Origin: Asterias rubens
Taxonomy: Eukaryota
DNA: 64,000 nucleotides
Assembly (NCBI RefSeq): GCF_902459465.1
Contig: NC_047071.1
Location: forward strand, 9,114,001 to 9,178,000
Direction: 5' to 3'
The translations under genes were made by a program, and so were the position numbers. Below are positions 1 to 13,572 of this stretch, one piece after another. The stretch's first letter is position 1, and each line of letters opens with the position of its first letter. Below the pieces are notes generated by a model. It was not told the DNA's origin. It did no database searches and worked only from the letters and a program-made list of their open reading frames with translations.

Positions 1-607
1 TCCATGGTTATTTATACATGTTTTCCCCAAATAAAAAAAAATAAAAAAATAAATCAACATAGTCAAGCAATTTATCCATTTGGACCAACAATAAAACAAA
101 ATTATGGTAAGTCCAGCATTTATATACAATTTGTGGTAATTTCAAAATTAATATATTTTACCCCAAATGTGGGAAAAAAATAAACTGTGGTAAAATTCAG
201 CTTTAGCGAGCCCACAAGTAGACAGTTCACATGTCCAACAATTGTGTCAAATTTTGAACGGATTCTTTAAGATTGTTTTTACTTTTTGTTTAGCCAAAAT
301 GTTATGTTTATGCTGTACATTTCCCGTGAAATTGTATTTTAGAAATCACGTAACAACACTTAAAATCGTAGAGTTTAAAATCAAAGTAAATTTGTGCAGA
401 AAGTTAGTCGGAGTGAAGACCAGGCATTCAGGGGACTCAAAGTCTGATCGAAACCAGCGTGGTGATCACCCATTAGAACCCTTAAGGGATGGCTAGTCCC
501 GGCCCCTCCTTTACTTTCCGACCCGGAATAATCATCCTACCCTAATTTGGGGAGAGACATGACGGACCCCAATCACTTACTGGTGCTAGCAGTAAAAGTC
601 ATGTCCC

Positions 608-850
608 TTTGGTACGGGGCGGGATTCGAACCGGGTCTCCCAGCTCTGGAACGCACGCAAGCGAACGATCCAGTGCACCGTGTCGCCACAGTGCCCGTTG
701 GTGTTTGAAGGTGGTTTTTCGTACTACTTATATAATTCACTAGCATCTATAAGCAAAATAAAAATAAAGATACACTAACAGGTTTCGAACCCGGGTCTCG
801 TGGCTCTCAGCCATCTCGTACTTAGTGGAGCTACGACGCCACTTGACATT
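608..850 (-). mobile_element. Degenerate tRNA-like SINE heads (similar at about 4070-4110 and 22570-22660)
   Basis: gggattcgaacc and ggtttcgaacccg are reverse-complement B boxes. Confidence 0.45.
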
Positions 851-1677
851 AAAATAATAATATTGAAACAAAATTTAAAACAAACCAAACAAAACACGCA
901 ACTATGGACGGAATTACAGGTTGGGGTTTAGTTAAATGTAAAGTATTTGAAATCAGTGTCATCGTGAAAGCAGTTTTAAATGATACAAATTGACAACATA
1001 AACCGTGCTTTATGTGGACCTCTTTTCAGGTCCACAACTAGACTTGATTCAAGTCCCTTTCTCGTGTAAGAGGTCCCCAAGCGTATCGCGCTAACTAGCA
1101 AACAAGCTCTACATTGCGCGCTCGCCGTCAAAGTGTGGTCTCGAGATTGCGGAACAGGTAAATAATATGAGGAGGGGGGATTCAGAGGATCACAAAACAA
1201 TCGGGGTTTTTTTCCGGCGATGACACGGGATTTGGACTTGAGTCAAGTCTAGCTCACACCTTGTTCGGGATGCTAACTATTACATTCAGGTTTAACAGAG
1301 TACAGTGCTTACTTATTTGCATTCGTGGAAATTTCCCAATTTTTTGATGAATACAGATAGAAGTCGAATTCGTGACCTCTCGAACAATAATTAGTTGTCC
1401 TTTTGAGTATTGGAACAATCGATTAAAAAAAAAAAATAGCTAAATAGATCACCGTTTGTTAAATTCAAATGAATATAAAGACGTCCCACGCGGGGAACCA
1501 GTCACGAGACGTATCCATGGTTACCTTAAATGTATTGATCCTGTCGGCCCTGGCCAAAGGACGTCTTAAATTTATGCCATCCCCCGACGATCTCCCGAAA
1601 AAGAAGAAGAAGCGTGTCACGTTGTTTTCGGTGGAAACATTACATCTCCGATGAAGTTGCTATCCTTTTATCGAATT

Positions 1678-2010
1678 TTAAAGGCACTGGACGCCTTTGG
1701 TAAAATTGTCAAAGAAAATGGTGTATCATATGCATAAAGTTACAAACCTTATGTGAAAATATGAACTAAATTAGACGTCGAAGTTGCAAGAGAATAATGG
1801 GAGAAAAACACACTTGTCGCACAAGTTGTGCGTTTTCAGATGCCTTGAATTCGAGACCTCAGATGAGGTCACGTCACGAATTCAATTCATTATTTTAGTG
1901 AGGGAAGTACTTCATAAAAAAAAACTACATTACTTCAGAGGGAGCCGCTTCTCACAATGTTTTATACTATCAGCAGCTCCCCAATGCTCGTTACAAAGTA
2001 CTTTTTTTTT
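1678..2010. mobile_element. MITE family A, partial copy
   Basis: ttaaaggcactggacgcctttggtaa start and the shared internal ttacttcagagggagccg motif. Confidence 0.7.
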
Positions 2011-3831
2011 GCTATTAAAGTCACCTGGAAATAGAATTTGTTTTCTTTCAGACATAAGAGTATATGCTTATTATATGCAAATACTAGTTTTCAAAATATC
2101 TTATAGTTGTAACTTAATGGTGTTTTGTGAAAATGGTTATACATAAATAAGAAGTGACACTTTACGACATTATGAATATTAATAAAGACTATATCTATAC
2201 AGAAAGAGTGACTTAACTGTGAGCAGTTCTTAAAGGTCAATGTCATCGACAGCTGTGTTCATTATTCTTGACGTAATGGCGTCATCACCGGTACAGTCAC
2301 ACTTGTTCAATATATATAAGTGTCTTTTCACTTCAAGTCAAACTACTCACATTAAAACCGCAAGAAGAGAGACATTTCCTTCCGACTCTGTTAATAACCT
2401 TCTTTACCCAAGAAGAAGTGACTTCAAATACTTATTTATATTTGGATTTATTTGCTATACACCAAGCTTAACAACAAAGGACACACATTAAAAACAGAAC
2501 AAATAGAAGCCAGCCGTCTCTTGTTCAGGTATAAATCTTTAGGTAGTCAATTGTATTGGACATTACTAAAAAATCATTCTTAACACAAAAGCTTGATTGG
2601 CGGCGCGCAATGGAGGGCTATCAATGTGAGAAACGGCTCCCTAAAAAATAAAAATTTGAGGTAGAGATAATGTTCAACTTAACCCCCCCCCCCCCCCCAG
2701 CTGAAGCATTTTATTATGCATCTGAAAATACACGGATAAAACGTTACCAGGGTGTTTTTCTTTCATTGTTCTCTTGCAATTAATGTATTTACCAAAATGA
2801 GCCAAAATTGTACCCAGCATTTTATCCAAGTGTTAACTTGGAATACAACAGGTGAGAACACTGGTCTTTGACAATTTTTATACCAAAGGTGTCAAGTGCT
2901 TTATTTCCTGACCCTCTGATGTGACATTTGCATGACCGGAATGAGGTCGTATAATTATAACCTTTTTATTACCTTCCCCCTCAATTAACTATCCAAAAGG
3001 GGGAAATGATGCATCGAGACATGGTGCAAAAGTGAGTTACTATGTTACGTCACAGATGCTTGACAGCAACCTTTTACCTGGGGGTAGTGAGAAATGCCAG
3101 TTGGCCACTTTATTCCACCCCCGGACAATCATTGTATTTCCGCCACACGTGTGTCTATAGAATGACACATCCTGATCTGGCAAAAATTAAAATCGAAGTA
3201 TTTATAGAATTTTTCTATTCAATTAGGCAGTTGCTTTGTTCATAATTAAGCTTTTGTGTGGTTTTAATTAGGTATAAGGCGCAATTGTTTCTTTATTTCT
3301 CCTCGATAAACAAAAGATGATTGCAAATAATTACTTTTTCAAAAAAGAAAAAACAAATCCGAATGAGGTGGTTGTGGTTATTAAACAAAACATTGTAAGC
3401 GCCTTGCCAAGCCAGATAAATCCATTAACAGCTAAACACCAACTATTTCAACACCTTTAGTTGAAGGAACTAAATACTACACTCGTAAATACCTCAGACA
3501 GTTTCGCTATTCCTATTGGTGGAGAGCGCGTCACGTGGGTGTGTATAAACCTTTGTTTATGACCAGTAAAAAGTGTTGAAACATGGGCGTGACCCTTGAG
3601 CTTGCACCTGTGCTTATAAGACAGTTTCTTCATTCCTACTGGTCGAGAGCAACGGCCGACGAGACAGTTGTGCCACATCAAGCGATACGCCCGACGCGCA
3701 GCATCTCCTTGTAAGGAGTTGTTTACCCGAGGGCCTAAACATTTCATAGCTGGAGGGGTGTTTGTTGAAATAAATAATTGACAACATTTTGCATCAAAAA
3801 GTGTTGATGTTTTTTGACCGAAAAAGTATTT

Positions 3832-3990
3832 ATGAATGGGAATCAAAGTGTGTTAGAGAGGTTTTCAACTAGTGGTTTTTGATAATGTACCTTGACTTCG
3901 TCTCGGTAAAATTATCAAGAACCAGACCTCGTTGGGTTTAAACCACTAGTTGAAAACCTCTTCACCACACATTGATTCCCTTATTCACAA
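3832..3990. repeat. Inverted repeat / MITE of about 155 bp
   Basis: gggaatcaaagtgtg...gaggttttcaactagtggttt / aaaccactagttgaaaacctc...cacacattgattccc. Confidence 0.7.
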
Positions 3991-5072
3991 TTCACGCGTA
4001 CCCGTTTACTCTAGGAAGGTAAGAGACAATTGCGAGTGAAAATGTCACGTTCAATGACACAAGGTTCAAGGTCGGGATTCGAACCCACACTCACCGATGC
4101 ACAGTGGGCCAGAATTGAATCCAAGTGTGCCAAAATTATATCTCAACATATTTTTGGTGAAAATTATATTTAAACATATTTATGATGGAAAGTTGGTTGT
4201 AAGGGGTTTTCTGATACGTAGAATTTGATGGTCGTGGTTTTAAAGGTCTATGACGTCATCATAGTCCTGAATCGTGATTGGTCGGCAAGAGTTTAATAAC
4301 TGCTAATATCGTTTTGTTCATTTTTTCCCCTAGGCATATCAAAGAAACAGTTTGTGAACAAATGTTTTGCGATGCAAAGTGTGTTTTCATAAGGGTTTCT
4401 AAAAGCGGTACTCATAAAGGGTGGTCTTTCTTTGATGCTAAACAGAGAAATAATATGACCGCTGACACACGCACTGTCGTTACAGGTGGTTGAGTCAAAA
4501 CAGGCGTTTCTCATGGGGGTATACAACTTCAAAATTGAATAATTTCCAAAGTCGCAAAATGTCGCAACCAAATTTGGTTTTAGACTGTTCCTGAAGGTTC
4601 AGGCTACTGAAAAAAGTTAGAATTAAAGCGGCAATCGGCGGCATTTTATATTTCCTATGTCTCTGATTGTAATAAATGAAAACTAAGAGGCATTTTATGG
4701 GATTTATCAGACCTTTTCAAACAGTAAACAGAAATTAAACTGATTATTAATTTAATTTTCATGAAATATGAACTATAAACAACCATCGACACGGTTTTCA
4801 TGGCATTATCTTTTATGAGCCGTTCAGGGTCGCAAGTTAAAATACCCATTAAGTTCAACGGTTTCGCCGCACTTTGTTACGATTTGTTGTCTAAATAAAG
4901 TCATAACCCTAATTTTAAAGATTTTTTTTTTCATTAATTCTTTCTTTTAACATACCCCTGGACTATTAAGAACAATAACAAAATGGAAGTACTGATTTTT
5001 GAAACAATCACCAGTTGCCTATTTTGGCGCAGTTTGACCTTGACCTGGCCCACTGTGCGATGATTCAACCGC

Positions 5073-5228
5073 CATAGACCTTTTCGCAAATACCGGGGCG
5101 CGCGCGTAAAGCTTGGAATTAGGTGCATTGTGGTCTTGCTGGTATCCAAATTTGATCCATATCTATCCCACAATGCACCTCATTCAACAGTCTGCGCTTG
5201 CGCATTGGTATTTGCGATAAGGTCTATA
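5073..5228. mobile_element. Short MITE with atagaccttttcgcaaatacc TIRs
   Basis: atagaccttttcgcaaatacc / ggtatttgcgataaggtctat. Confidence 0.7.
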
Positions 5229-6249
5229 GCGCCAAGGTACAATGAGCTGCAAAGCAGAAAGTATTGCTTCACAAATATTGTTGTTAATAAAACAATTCGC
5301 AGTGTAGAGCTGTCACAAACTGAGCAGGGGTGAAGACTGGCCACCTTTTTCAGTAAGAGAAAACGTTTGTGCTAAGTAACTTTGTGTGCTAGGTCAAATA
5401 AGATCGGCCTGGGTTCGACAGACATTTGTAGCCACGAAATGCTCCCATCTACACTTTTTTATTTTATTTTTATTTTTTAGATATACTTTATTTTAAGTGA
5501 TTTACTTATAGAATTATGTTTATTTGTGTCCCCTTTGTTGACAAAAAACTGCTTAAGATTATTCGTTTTGAGTGATCGGTGTCCCAACATGTCCTCGTCA
5601 TTGTCTCAAGATCACAATGAAGGGACGAGTCGCTCAAATCCACGGTGTTCTGGCCGTAGTCGTAGACAGTCACCCATTTCTGTGTTGTTTGAGTCTTTGC
5701 ATGATTTTTTTTTCTCTAATTTGTTTTTATCAGTATGAATCAACTTTCCAAAGGGCGAGGTAAAATCAAACTCCCCCATTATAGCAGATGCAACAGTCAC
5801 TCCTTAAGGAAAGACAATGAACTACAATCCAACACATGAAAAGCCTAGGGGATGACACTTCATGAACGACCCCAAGAGATGCTGATCACTCCCAGCCAAT
5901 GAACTTGTAATCAATGACATCTGACGGGGGCACTGTCACTAGTGAATCCGCGTTTTCCCTCGCACAATGTTTGTGCACATGCCACTTTGGGGAATTCTGG
6001 CTCAACACTATCAAACGAATAACACAATTAGTTTAGTCACCTTCGATTAATTTTTTTATTACGGGTCATCTTATTGACCTGAATAAGGTTACTCCTTGAA
6101 ACTAATGTCAGGTCAATTTGGGTTTTTACTAGTGATCTCTATAGTGTCTGAACTTTGTTTTCTTCCGCCTAATTTTACTGACCCAGACCCCCCCCCCTCC
6201 CCCTGTTTAGCCCGGTCAGGGGCTTGCTTAACAATACTGTCTGCTGAGC

Positions 6250-6710
6250 AAAAATGAACCGGATCAAGCGTCTCCAACGACTCCAACATTCGGCCGCCCG
6301 ACTTGTCACCCTTACTAAAAGATCAACACACATCACTCCAATCCTCAAGGCCCTGCACTGGCTCCCGGTTCAAAAGCGCATCCACTTCAAATGTCTCCTT
6401 CTTGTGTATCAGTCTCTCCAGGGCACGGCACCAACATACATCCAGAACCTGCTACATCTTCATGCTCCACCCAGGCACCTCAGATCATCGTCCACCAAAC
6501 TTCTAAACATTCCACGCACACGCCATTCATGGGGAGCCCGCTCCTTCTCACAACGAACGAACTCCCCCCTAAACTCCGACAACTCACTATTTGTGTGCTT
6601 AACTATATTCTTTGCATTCTGGCTTCGGCATCTCTCCTGCGCAAGGAGTGTCTTTTAGACAGACATGGCGCATTATAAATTGCCACTATTATTATTATTA
6701 TTATTATTAT
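6250..6710 (+). mobile_element. 5'-truncated L2/CR1-clade LINE fragment (ORF2 C-terminus plus (ATT)n tail)
   Basis: Translation LQRLQHSAARLVT...HITPILKALHWLPVQKRIHFKCLLLVYQSL.G.AP.Y...LRSS is the typical post-RT region of L2-clade ORF2; (ATT)n tail at 6687-6710. Confidence 0.88.
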
Positions 6711-7906
6711 ACCAGTCACATGTTGAACATTTTGAATGATAGTTTTTCAGGTAACGCTATTCTGGTAAGCATACATTTGTTGTGCTTATAGCTACGTGTT
6801 ATGCTTAAGCAGCTCTATGAAATTGGGCCAAACTTCTAGGAGTGAGATGTGCTAGTATAGAGCTAATTAAACAAATTTTTCCCAAGCATCGATTTGGTTT
6901 TAACGATTTGTGGAGAAGGAGACAAGATTGATCCAGCAGGACGAAGTTATAATCATCAAGTGACAAAAGAATGTTGAATTTATTGAGTCATTTAGTCAGA
7001 TAAAAATTATTCGATAATAACAGCTAGATCTTGAAATATCACATTTATTTTTACAAAGACGTATCAGGGTGTATTACGTTAGTGCCCTGGCCATTGGCAT
7101 GTATCATTTTCTTTTAACTTTTTTTTGTCAGCTCCATTGGGAGTAAAAATACAGCCACGAGCTGTGTGGCTCTCCGGAGCCCCTTTTCTAGGACAGTATC
7201 CAACGCTACCCTCGGAGGTACCTATTCATAACATGTCGTGAACCAATTACATTAAAGCTTCTTGCTCGGGTATCGGACTACATTTAGGCTCATCATTTAA
7301 TATTAAAATATAAAAATAAGAACGAAACAAAACTCGAGTTTCTGTGAAATGTTAATTTTATGCAAAATAATAATAAAACAAAATGTTTAAATTATTGATC
7401 AATAGCACACGCACAAATCTTAGATTTTCGGAAATAATGTTTTAGATAACTTCAGATATGTCAGAACGTTGTGTCTTCATCATGTCTTTTCGTGAGAAAA
7501 TAGAAGCTGTTGCAAATTGCCCAAGAGGAACCAAAACGTAGTATTAAGGGTAGGATATTTTTACCCTAGCAGAGTCTTAAAGAAGGCTAAATGTCATATT
7601 CGTAAGATACATTAAACCGACCGCATGAAGTTGTTAAAAATAAAAGTATTATTACTAATGACGGGTGAATTTTTTTTTAAATCGCTTTGACGTGCGCTAT
7701 AAAAAGAGACTATACATACGTCAATGTAAAAAAAGGTCTTACGTGTGGGTCAGTATCGCTTACGCATGTCTCATAGGGCGGAGTGATATTACACCCCAGT
7801 CATCCAGTTACTTCCGGAAAGACTTAACGCCAATCAGAACCAACATACGGATCAGCGAACAGCAGGACATCAGGACGAACTACTTTGTTGCGCCACTGCC
7901 GGCATG

Positions 7907-7912
7907 TATAAG
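7907..7912 (+). promoter_or_regulatory. Candidate TATA-like element for gene 1
   Basis: TATAAG about 125 nt upstream of ATG 8034; motif and position only. Confidence 0.3.
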
Positions 7913-8033
7913 TAGACACAGTGAATCTTGTAGTCGGCATTAGACGATTGAACTGCAAAAAACACACTTCGTCTCCTCAAACCAACAAAATCAACCCGGC
8001 TACAGATAACAAAGTTCCGAAGACGAATTCAAG

Positions 8034-9623
8034 ATGAGAATGCTGCTAACTTTACTCCCCCTTTTGGGTAAGTTTTGTATATTTATTGACTGACTTTGCC
8101 TTTTTCAGTGTATTGTTTTAGAACACTTTTGAACAAAGTTTTACTTCCTAAGAGTTTAATTGTGTTCCGATTTAAAAATTGCTGGCTTGTTTTCCCCAAT
8201 GCTACGTACAGTTCAGAAAGAAACACACATTGTTTGTTCAATGAAAGATAAGTCGTAAATACTTCCTTAAAAACTTCTCTTTGAGTTTTATACCACGATT
8301 TGTATTCAGTATGGTTAAATTTATCGGGTGTTCATGTTATGTGCGGCCGTTCACGACTTCTAGACGCAACTTTCATCGACCAACTCTCTAAACATTCGCG
8401 TTTCGAGACAGTCATTGTTTAGTTCTTAATCAGAAAAGTTTAACTTCTTCTGAAAGTTGAACTTCCTCCGAGAAACTTTTAAGAACCTTTGAAACGTTCC
8501 CTTCTCAAGCTTGTCATCAATCCTCCTTGTCATTACAAAGATCAACGATTTTAAAATAGAAACAATGGGAGTTTTCCTTCTTAAAGGGGATTTGAACTAA
8601 TCAGCAGTTACTTCCGGTCAGGATATTGAGCTTAAGAGCCATTTCTCGTTTTTGTTTCTCGAGTCAATTGTAAGTCATCCTATATTGTCTCTGCATTAGC
8701 AAATTGAAGAAGAATGGGGGGCCTGTTAATAAAATCATGTTGTGTGGGTTATTTTTTCCAGCAAAATGTGAATGATTTTGTTTCGTCTTATGCATTGATT
8801 TCGTTTATAAAAAACATCGGCAGGGGTTGTCTTGGCACGTATTGGCCTTTATTTGTGTTTGTAAAAAACTTTCTCTTTTTATCATAATCGATTACACACA
8901 AATGTTTAACAGTTATTAATAAAACCAAAATGCTATTTCCCTTTTCTTGATGCAGGGCTGGTCGCAGCTCAAATGCAACGCCAAGGGCATGACAACACTA
9001 GAGGTGGCTTCTTCAATGACATGGGGAAGTCAACCAGCACTTTACCACCGTGGGCCCATCCTGCATCAGGGGTCAGTGGAGGAGCTGCACAGCAAGCTGT
9101 ACCAGTCGGTGGCCAATTGGGTGGATCTCAGTCGAGCACCAAGCCTCCCCATGGCGTCGCCCCGATCGGTAACCCCCAACTACCACCCGTTGCAGGAGCC
9201 AATGCCGACCCGGGTAAATCAGGTGGTTCATCGGGTGGCCTGACCGGCTTCGGAGCCCACGACTATTACAATGGCGGAACCGGCCCCGATGTTCTAGCCC
9301 CACAAGCCGCGGCTCCCTCTGGGGGCAGAAACACGAATCAAAACTCAGGTGAGCAAACGAATGGCTTTTTCGGTGTCGATGGTGGCGGCGGTGGTTATGA
9401 TATGGGACCTGGACTCATTGCCGGTCATGGTCACGGAGGGTACGAGTCAAAAGACATGCAAGATAAATCCAACGCCGATGAAGTGGGGAACGCTGGTGCC
9501 GCTGCAGGAACTGTAGTCGGTGTTGTCGTCGCTGTCATCATCGTGATTGGTATCTTTGCACTGGTCGCTGTCTTCCTCGTTCGGCAAAGGCGCCAGTCTA
9601 GAGTGGTCATCGGCTCCGTGTAA
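8034..9623 (+). CDS. Cluster gene 1: two-exon single-pass membrane protein, Gly/Pro-rich ectodomain, 233 aa; join(8034..8067,8956..9623)
   Basis: Exon 1 is tcaagATG...TTG G|gtaagt (MRMLLTLLPLL-G, phase 1). Acceptor cttttcttgatgcag|gg at 8956 continues in frame with the 8973 ORF; joined CDS is 702 nt. Signal peptide MRMLLTLLPLLGLVAA|Q, TM VVGVVVAVIIVIGIFALVAVFLV, tail RQRRQSRVVIGSV*. Confidence 0.88.
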
Positions 9624-11548
9624 AACCAATGAACAATTATCTGAACTTTAATTTTTTTGTCTTTAATCTGTTTTGCTTTTTTTTCTAACTCTGAAAAAAA
9701 ATTATCTTCCGTGATATCCCCATGACGTGTGCAATAGGAGTTGTTAATATTTTATGCAGATGTCTCTTCGGTAATGTTCCACTACATTATTGTCTTTCTC
9801 TCTGTTATTTTGAAAGCACAGGCTTCAGTCAGCTCTGAACTTAAAGAGCTTCCGTACAAATCAAAGAGGAAACACCATGTCTTGACAATTTGTTTTTCGC
9901 ATCAATATTGTTTAAGTCTCCCAACGAATTATCTGCATGGCAATTTCGACTAGACTCATACAATCGATTTCTCTACATACAATAATTCAACATTTATTAT
10001 GCACAAATGGTGCTGAACAGCAAAACTCCAATATTGCAGTCATGTGTATACACTAACTTGAACATACTACACAAAGTAAAACTTTATGGCGCTCCTCTTC
10101 CCTTGTTCATTACCATAGTCTTCTGGGTATCACACCTTGTGGAATACGTCAGGGGATTGTACAGTGCCTGTTTTGGAGAGTGTTGACGGTCTCAACATTT
10201 CTCATTTCTCATTTCTCGTTTCTTCCAAAATTTGAGTCAATGATCTTCTAGCCCTTCTTTCCAGCCTTAGGAAGTTTCATGTTTCTTTTTAAAAGTAATT
10301 AGTATTTTAATCAAGCAATTTGAAAACCCGTTGGCTAGTCCAAAGGTATCGACCATGTGTGGTTGATTATTATAACTACAACAGCCTACCATAATACACT
10401 CTGCTAGTTCAGTTTTATTTTGTTTAGTTCTAAATCAGCAATGTGTGTATCTATCCAAATTATGCCTCATGAAAGAGCAGTCGGGTGCGAAATTTGTTAG
10501 ACGTGGCACCCTTACGGTGTGGACTGTAAATACATATTTTTGTTTGATGACACGAAGAAAAGATAAAAAAGACGGAGCGCTTAATTGAGATTGGAAGTAG
10601 GTTTTGTACTAACATCTGTGTTGATTGAATAAAAATGTGAACTTAGTATTCTTAGTATTGTGTAACCGGTTCTTCTTGCATCCCTTTCATTAGAAGGGCG
10701 CCGCCAACGACCCACCGTCACCACGCCCCACTGCCACCATCGCCACCCTTTCGAAATGTTTGTGTTTGTTTTATATTGTTGATTGATTGTTTTTTGTTTG
10801 TCAGTGCCTTAACCAGATTTGCATTTGTTTTGCATTGTTTTTGTTCATGTTGTTTTATTTTTGTCAATTGATATTCATCTCTTAGCGAATCAACATATAT
10901 ATATATTTTTTATTTTTTGTATTTTTGTTGTTGTATGAGTTGACCCTTAAATTAATTTCTCCTTTACCTACTGCTGGGTTTCGGTAGTCAAGTCCCGAAA
11001 TTTCATTATGCTGCTTAAGCAAAAATGTTTTTTATAATAATAATTGCGTAGCATTGAAAACGGTACATCAGTCATTAAATCTTTTTCTGGAAAGCCAATT
11101 AATTTGTGGCGCTTCTTCAAACTCGACCCATAACACCCTGTAGGTGGACAGAACCAAAATCTTTGTTTGTTGTGTTTTTTTTTCACTCTTTTTGTTTTTT
11201 TGCCCGTTCATCCGAAATAATCCTGGGCACAGCCAAACAAACAGATTGTTGTAAAGGGAGGATATACATTTGGTAATAACTCAAAAACAAATGGCATTAC
11301 AAACTTTGTCAGAAGCTTTCAGTACAGCGTTTTAAATTTGGGAAATTTCACTATAAAATAACGTTGCTCAGATTGTGTATTCCTATTGCAGATTAGTCTT
11401 TTTTTCTGCGTGGACATTATTCGCCATGGAAATTCGACGATATCTCAACACGCGACCACCTTTTGAAATTTACATGTTCAGTGTCGTTGCATAATGTACT
11501 TAATACTAAACCGATTTAAAAAAAAAAAAAAAATGGTATACGTTGCCT

Positions 11549-11880
11549 TTGAAGGCACTGGTCACGTTTGGTAATTGTCATAAACTATTGTTCACACTTG
11601 GTGGATCCCAACACATAAAATGTCACATAACTAGGTTTTAATCGGTCGTCGAAGTTGCAAGAGAATGATAAAACGCCATTGATTCACAAAATGCTTTCAG
11701 ATGTCTAAAACAAGACTACTGGCCGTAAGTCTGTTACAAACATTTGAGCTCCTCTCAAAAACTAGTTTACTTCAGAGGGAGCCGTTTAAAACTACCAACA
11801 GCTCCCAATGTTAACAAGCAACTTTCATATTAACAATTATTTTGAGTAATTACCATGCAATACTGCCCAGTGTCTGTAAA
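11549..11880. mobile_element. MITE family A, diverged copy
   Basis: aaggcactggtcacgtttggtaattgtc ... gagtaattacca...ccagtgtct with shared internal motifs. Confidence 0.7.
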
Positions 11881-11937
11881 GGGTTTCTTTAAGCCCGAGC
11901 CTCCGCCAAGATATGTTTGATTTTCTGTAAAACGGCA

Positions 11938-12320
11938 TTTAGGAACACGTTGCCTTGAATTGGACGAGTTGGCCCATGAAAAGCAGTTGAAACCTTTTTT
12001 TTAAAGAAATTTATATGGTTAGAAATATTTTATAGAATATAATAATCCACACAAACATGCCTCGAAAGTGCGTGGCTTTCATTATACTTTTCGAACTAAC
12101 ACAGTCGGCCATTTTATGGAGTCAAAAACTTGACTCCACAAAATGGCGTGCCGTGTTAGTTCACGGCGTATAGGGAAAACCCTACCATTTCGAGACATTG
12201 GCTGGTGTGGATCATTATAATCTACTTTTAAAACATCTTTCAAATCATGTGCATTTGATAACAGACGGTTTAAAAACGCATGGATGAACTCGACCGATCT
12301 AAGGCAACGTGTTCCTTTAA
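11938..12320. mobile_element. TTAA-flanked MITE family C (aggaacacgttgccttg TIR)
   Basis: aggaacacgttgccttg ... aaggcaacgtgttcct-ttaa with a central ggagtcaa/ttgactcc palindrome. Confidence 0.8.
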
Positions 12321-12524
12321 TGTCCATAGTTATTAACTACCCCCTCTACTCTCACCACACATCCACCCCTTTTCATAGGTATAAACACCTCCTTGTAAAT
12401 ATCCGACCTGAGAGCAATTTTGAATGATCCAAGATGTCAAATTTACGTAACATCTACACTGCAAAAATCTCTTGGTACCATTAGTGACAACACCGACACA
12501 GAGTTAATTTCACCAACGATTCAG

Positions 12525-12730
12525 TAGGAAGGTGTAGCTGCACGTTACGCGAGCAATGTGAAGGAGAGCGTCAACAAATTGTGTTGTTTCTGGGTGACGT
12601 CACCACTTTGAGCACGTACGTACCTGACGTGAAAAAAATGGTAACCTCACGTGCGCTAAAAACGTGAGATTTCAACGACACCATTTTCTGACGTTAACGT
12701 ACACGCGGAACGCGCAGCTAAACCTCCCTA
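12525..12730. mobile_element. MITE of about 200 bp with TA-flanked TIRs
   Basis: taggaaggtgtagctgcacgtt versus the reverse complement of aacgcgcagctaaacctcccta (22 nt, 3 mismatches). Confidence 0.6.
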
Positions 12731-13572
12731 GTAATGGGGATAAGTAACACTATGTTGGTGTTGTAACAGATAGATACCAGGAAGAATCAATTAAATTCTC
12801 CTGTTGGTGCAGGGTACCAATGCCCGTGGGTGTCCAGTAAAAATAAATTATTAGTTAACGCCTAGTGAGGGCGCTGCTCCATAAGAACAAATATGGCCTG
12901 TCCAAGCTGGAATGACTCATAGGTATATCCTGCAGCCAAATCAACCAATCTTCAACCAGGCCTCAGCTGATTACGCTCTTGGCATAGTCAAATAATGAAA
13001 GGTTGTTTGCCCCCACCCCCTAAACAAAACACGGCCCTAATAAATGTTCTGTTGTTGCGTATGCTGAATAGCAGCGGACCCCAACCCAGTAAGTTAACAT
13101 AAATGGAAACTAAAAATGGTTCGGGTACCGGCTTCAACACCCCCCCCCCCTATCCTCCACCCCCAACATAAAAAAGGGTGGGGTAATATGCCATTTCCTC
13201 AGTGTGAAGTTAACAAGTAGATGAAAGTATGACTAATCACCGCGGACACATACATTGGAGTTTCAGATAATGTCTATCATTTTGTTATGTTATCATGTTC
13301 TCTGAAAAGATACGATAAATGCAATATCACAGTGAGGTTGTAACATTACAATTTCTAAAATTGATTGCTGTTGCAAATTTTGGACTTAACTAAACATAAA
13401 TAAAAGTGATTACCTGATGTCATGGCCATGCAAAGTTGACTGTTGGAGACTTTTACTAAAGTGTAATGATTATGATTTAATTTTGCAATAATTATGTATA
13501 TAGCGCAGCCCCGTCACCACCAATGCCACACAAACTCAAAATGGCAACTCCTGTCAACTTGTTTCATTTCAG

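Noticed and set aside
8947-9243. Alternate-frame + strand ORFs overlapping the main exons (also 13681, 20934, 38771, 57099, 62689)
   Set aside because: Expected in stop-poor GC-rich exons; only one frame is in phase with the leader and yields signal peptide plus TM.
12433-12445. ccaagATGTCAAATTTAC|gtaac as gene 2 leader
   Set aside because: Start context matches other genes, but it encodes only four residues, has a weak donor, and no following exon supplies a hydrophobic core.
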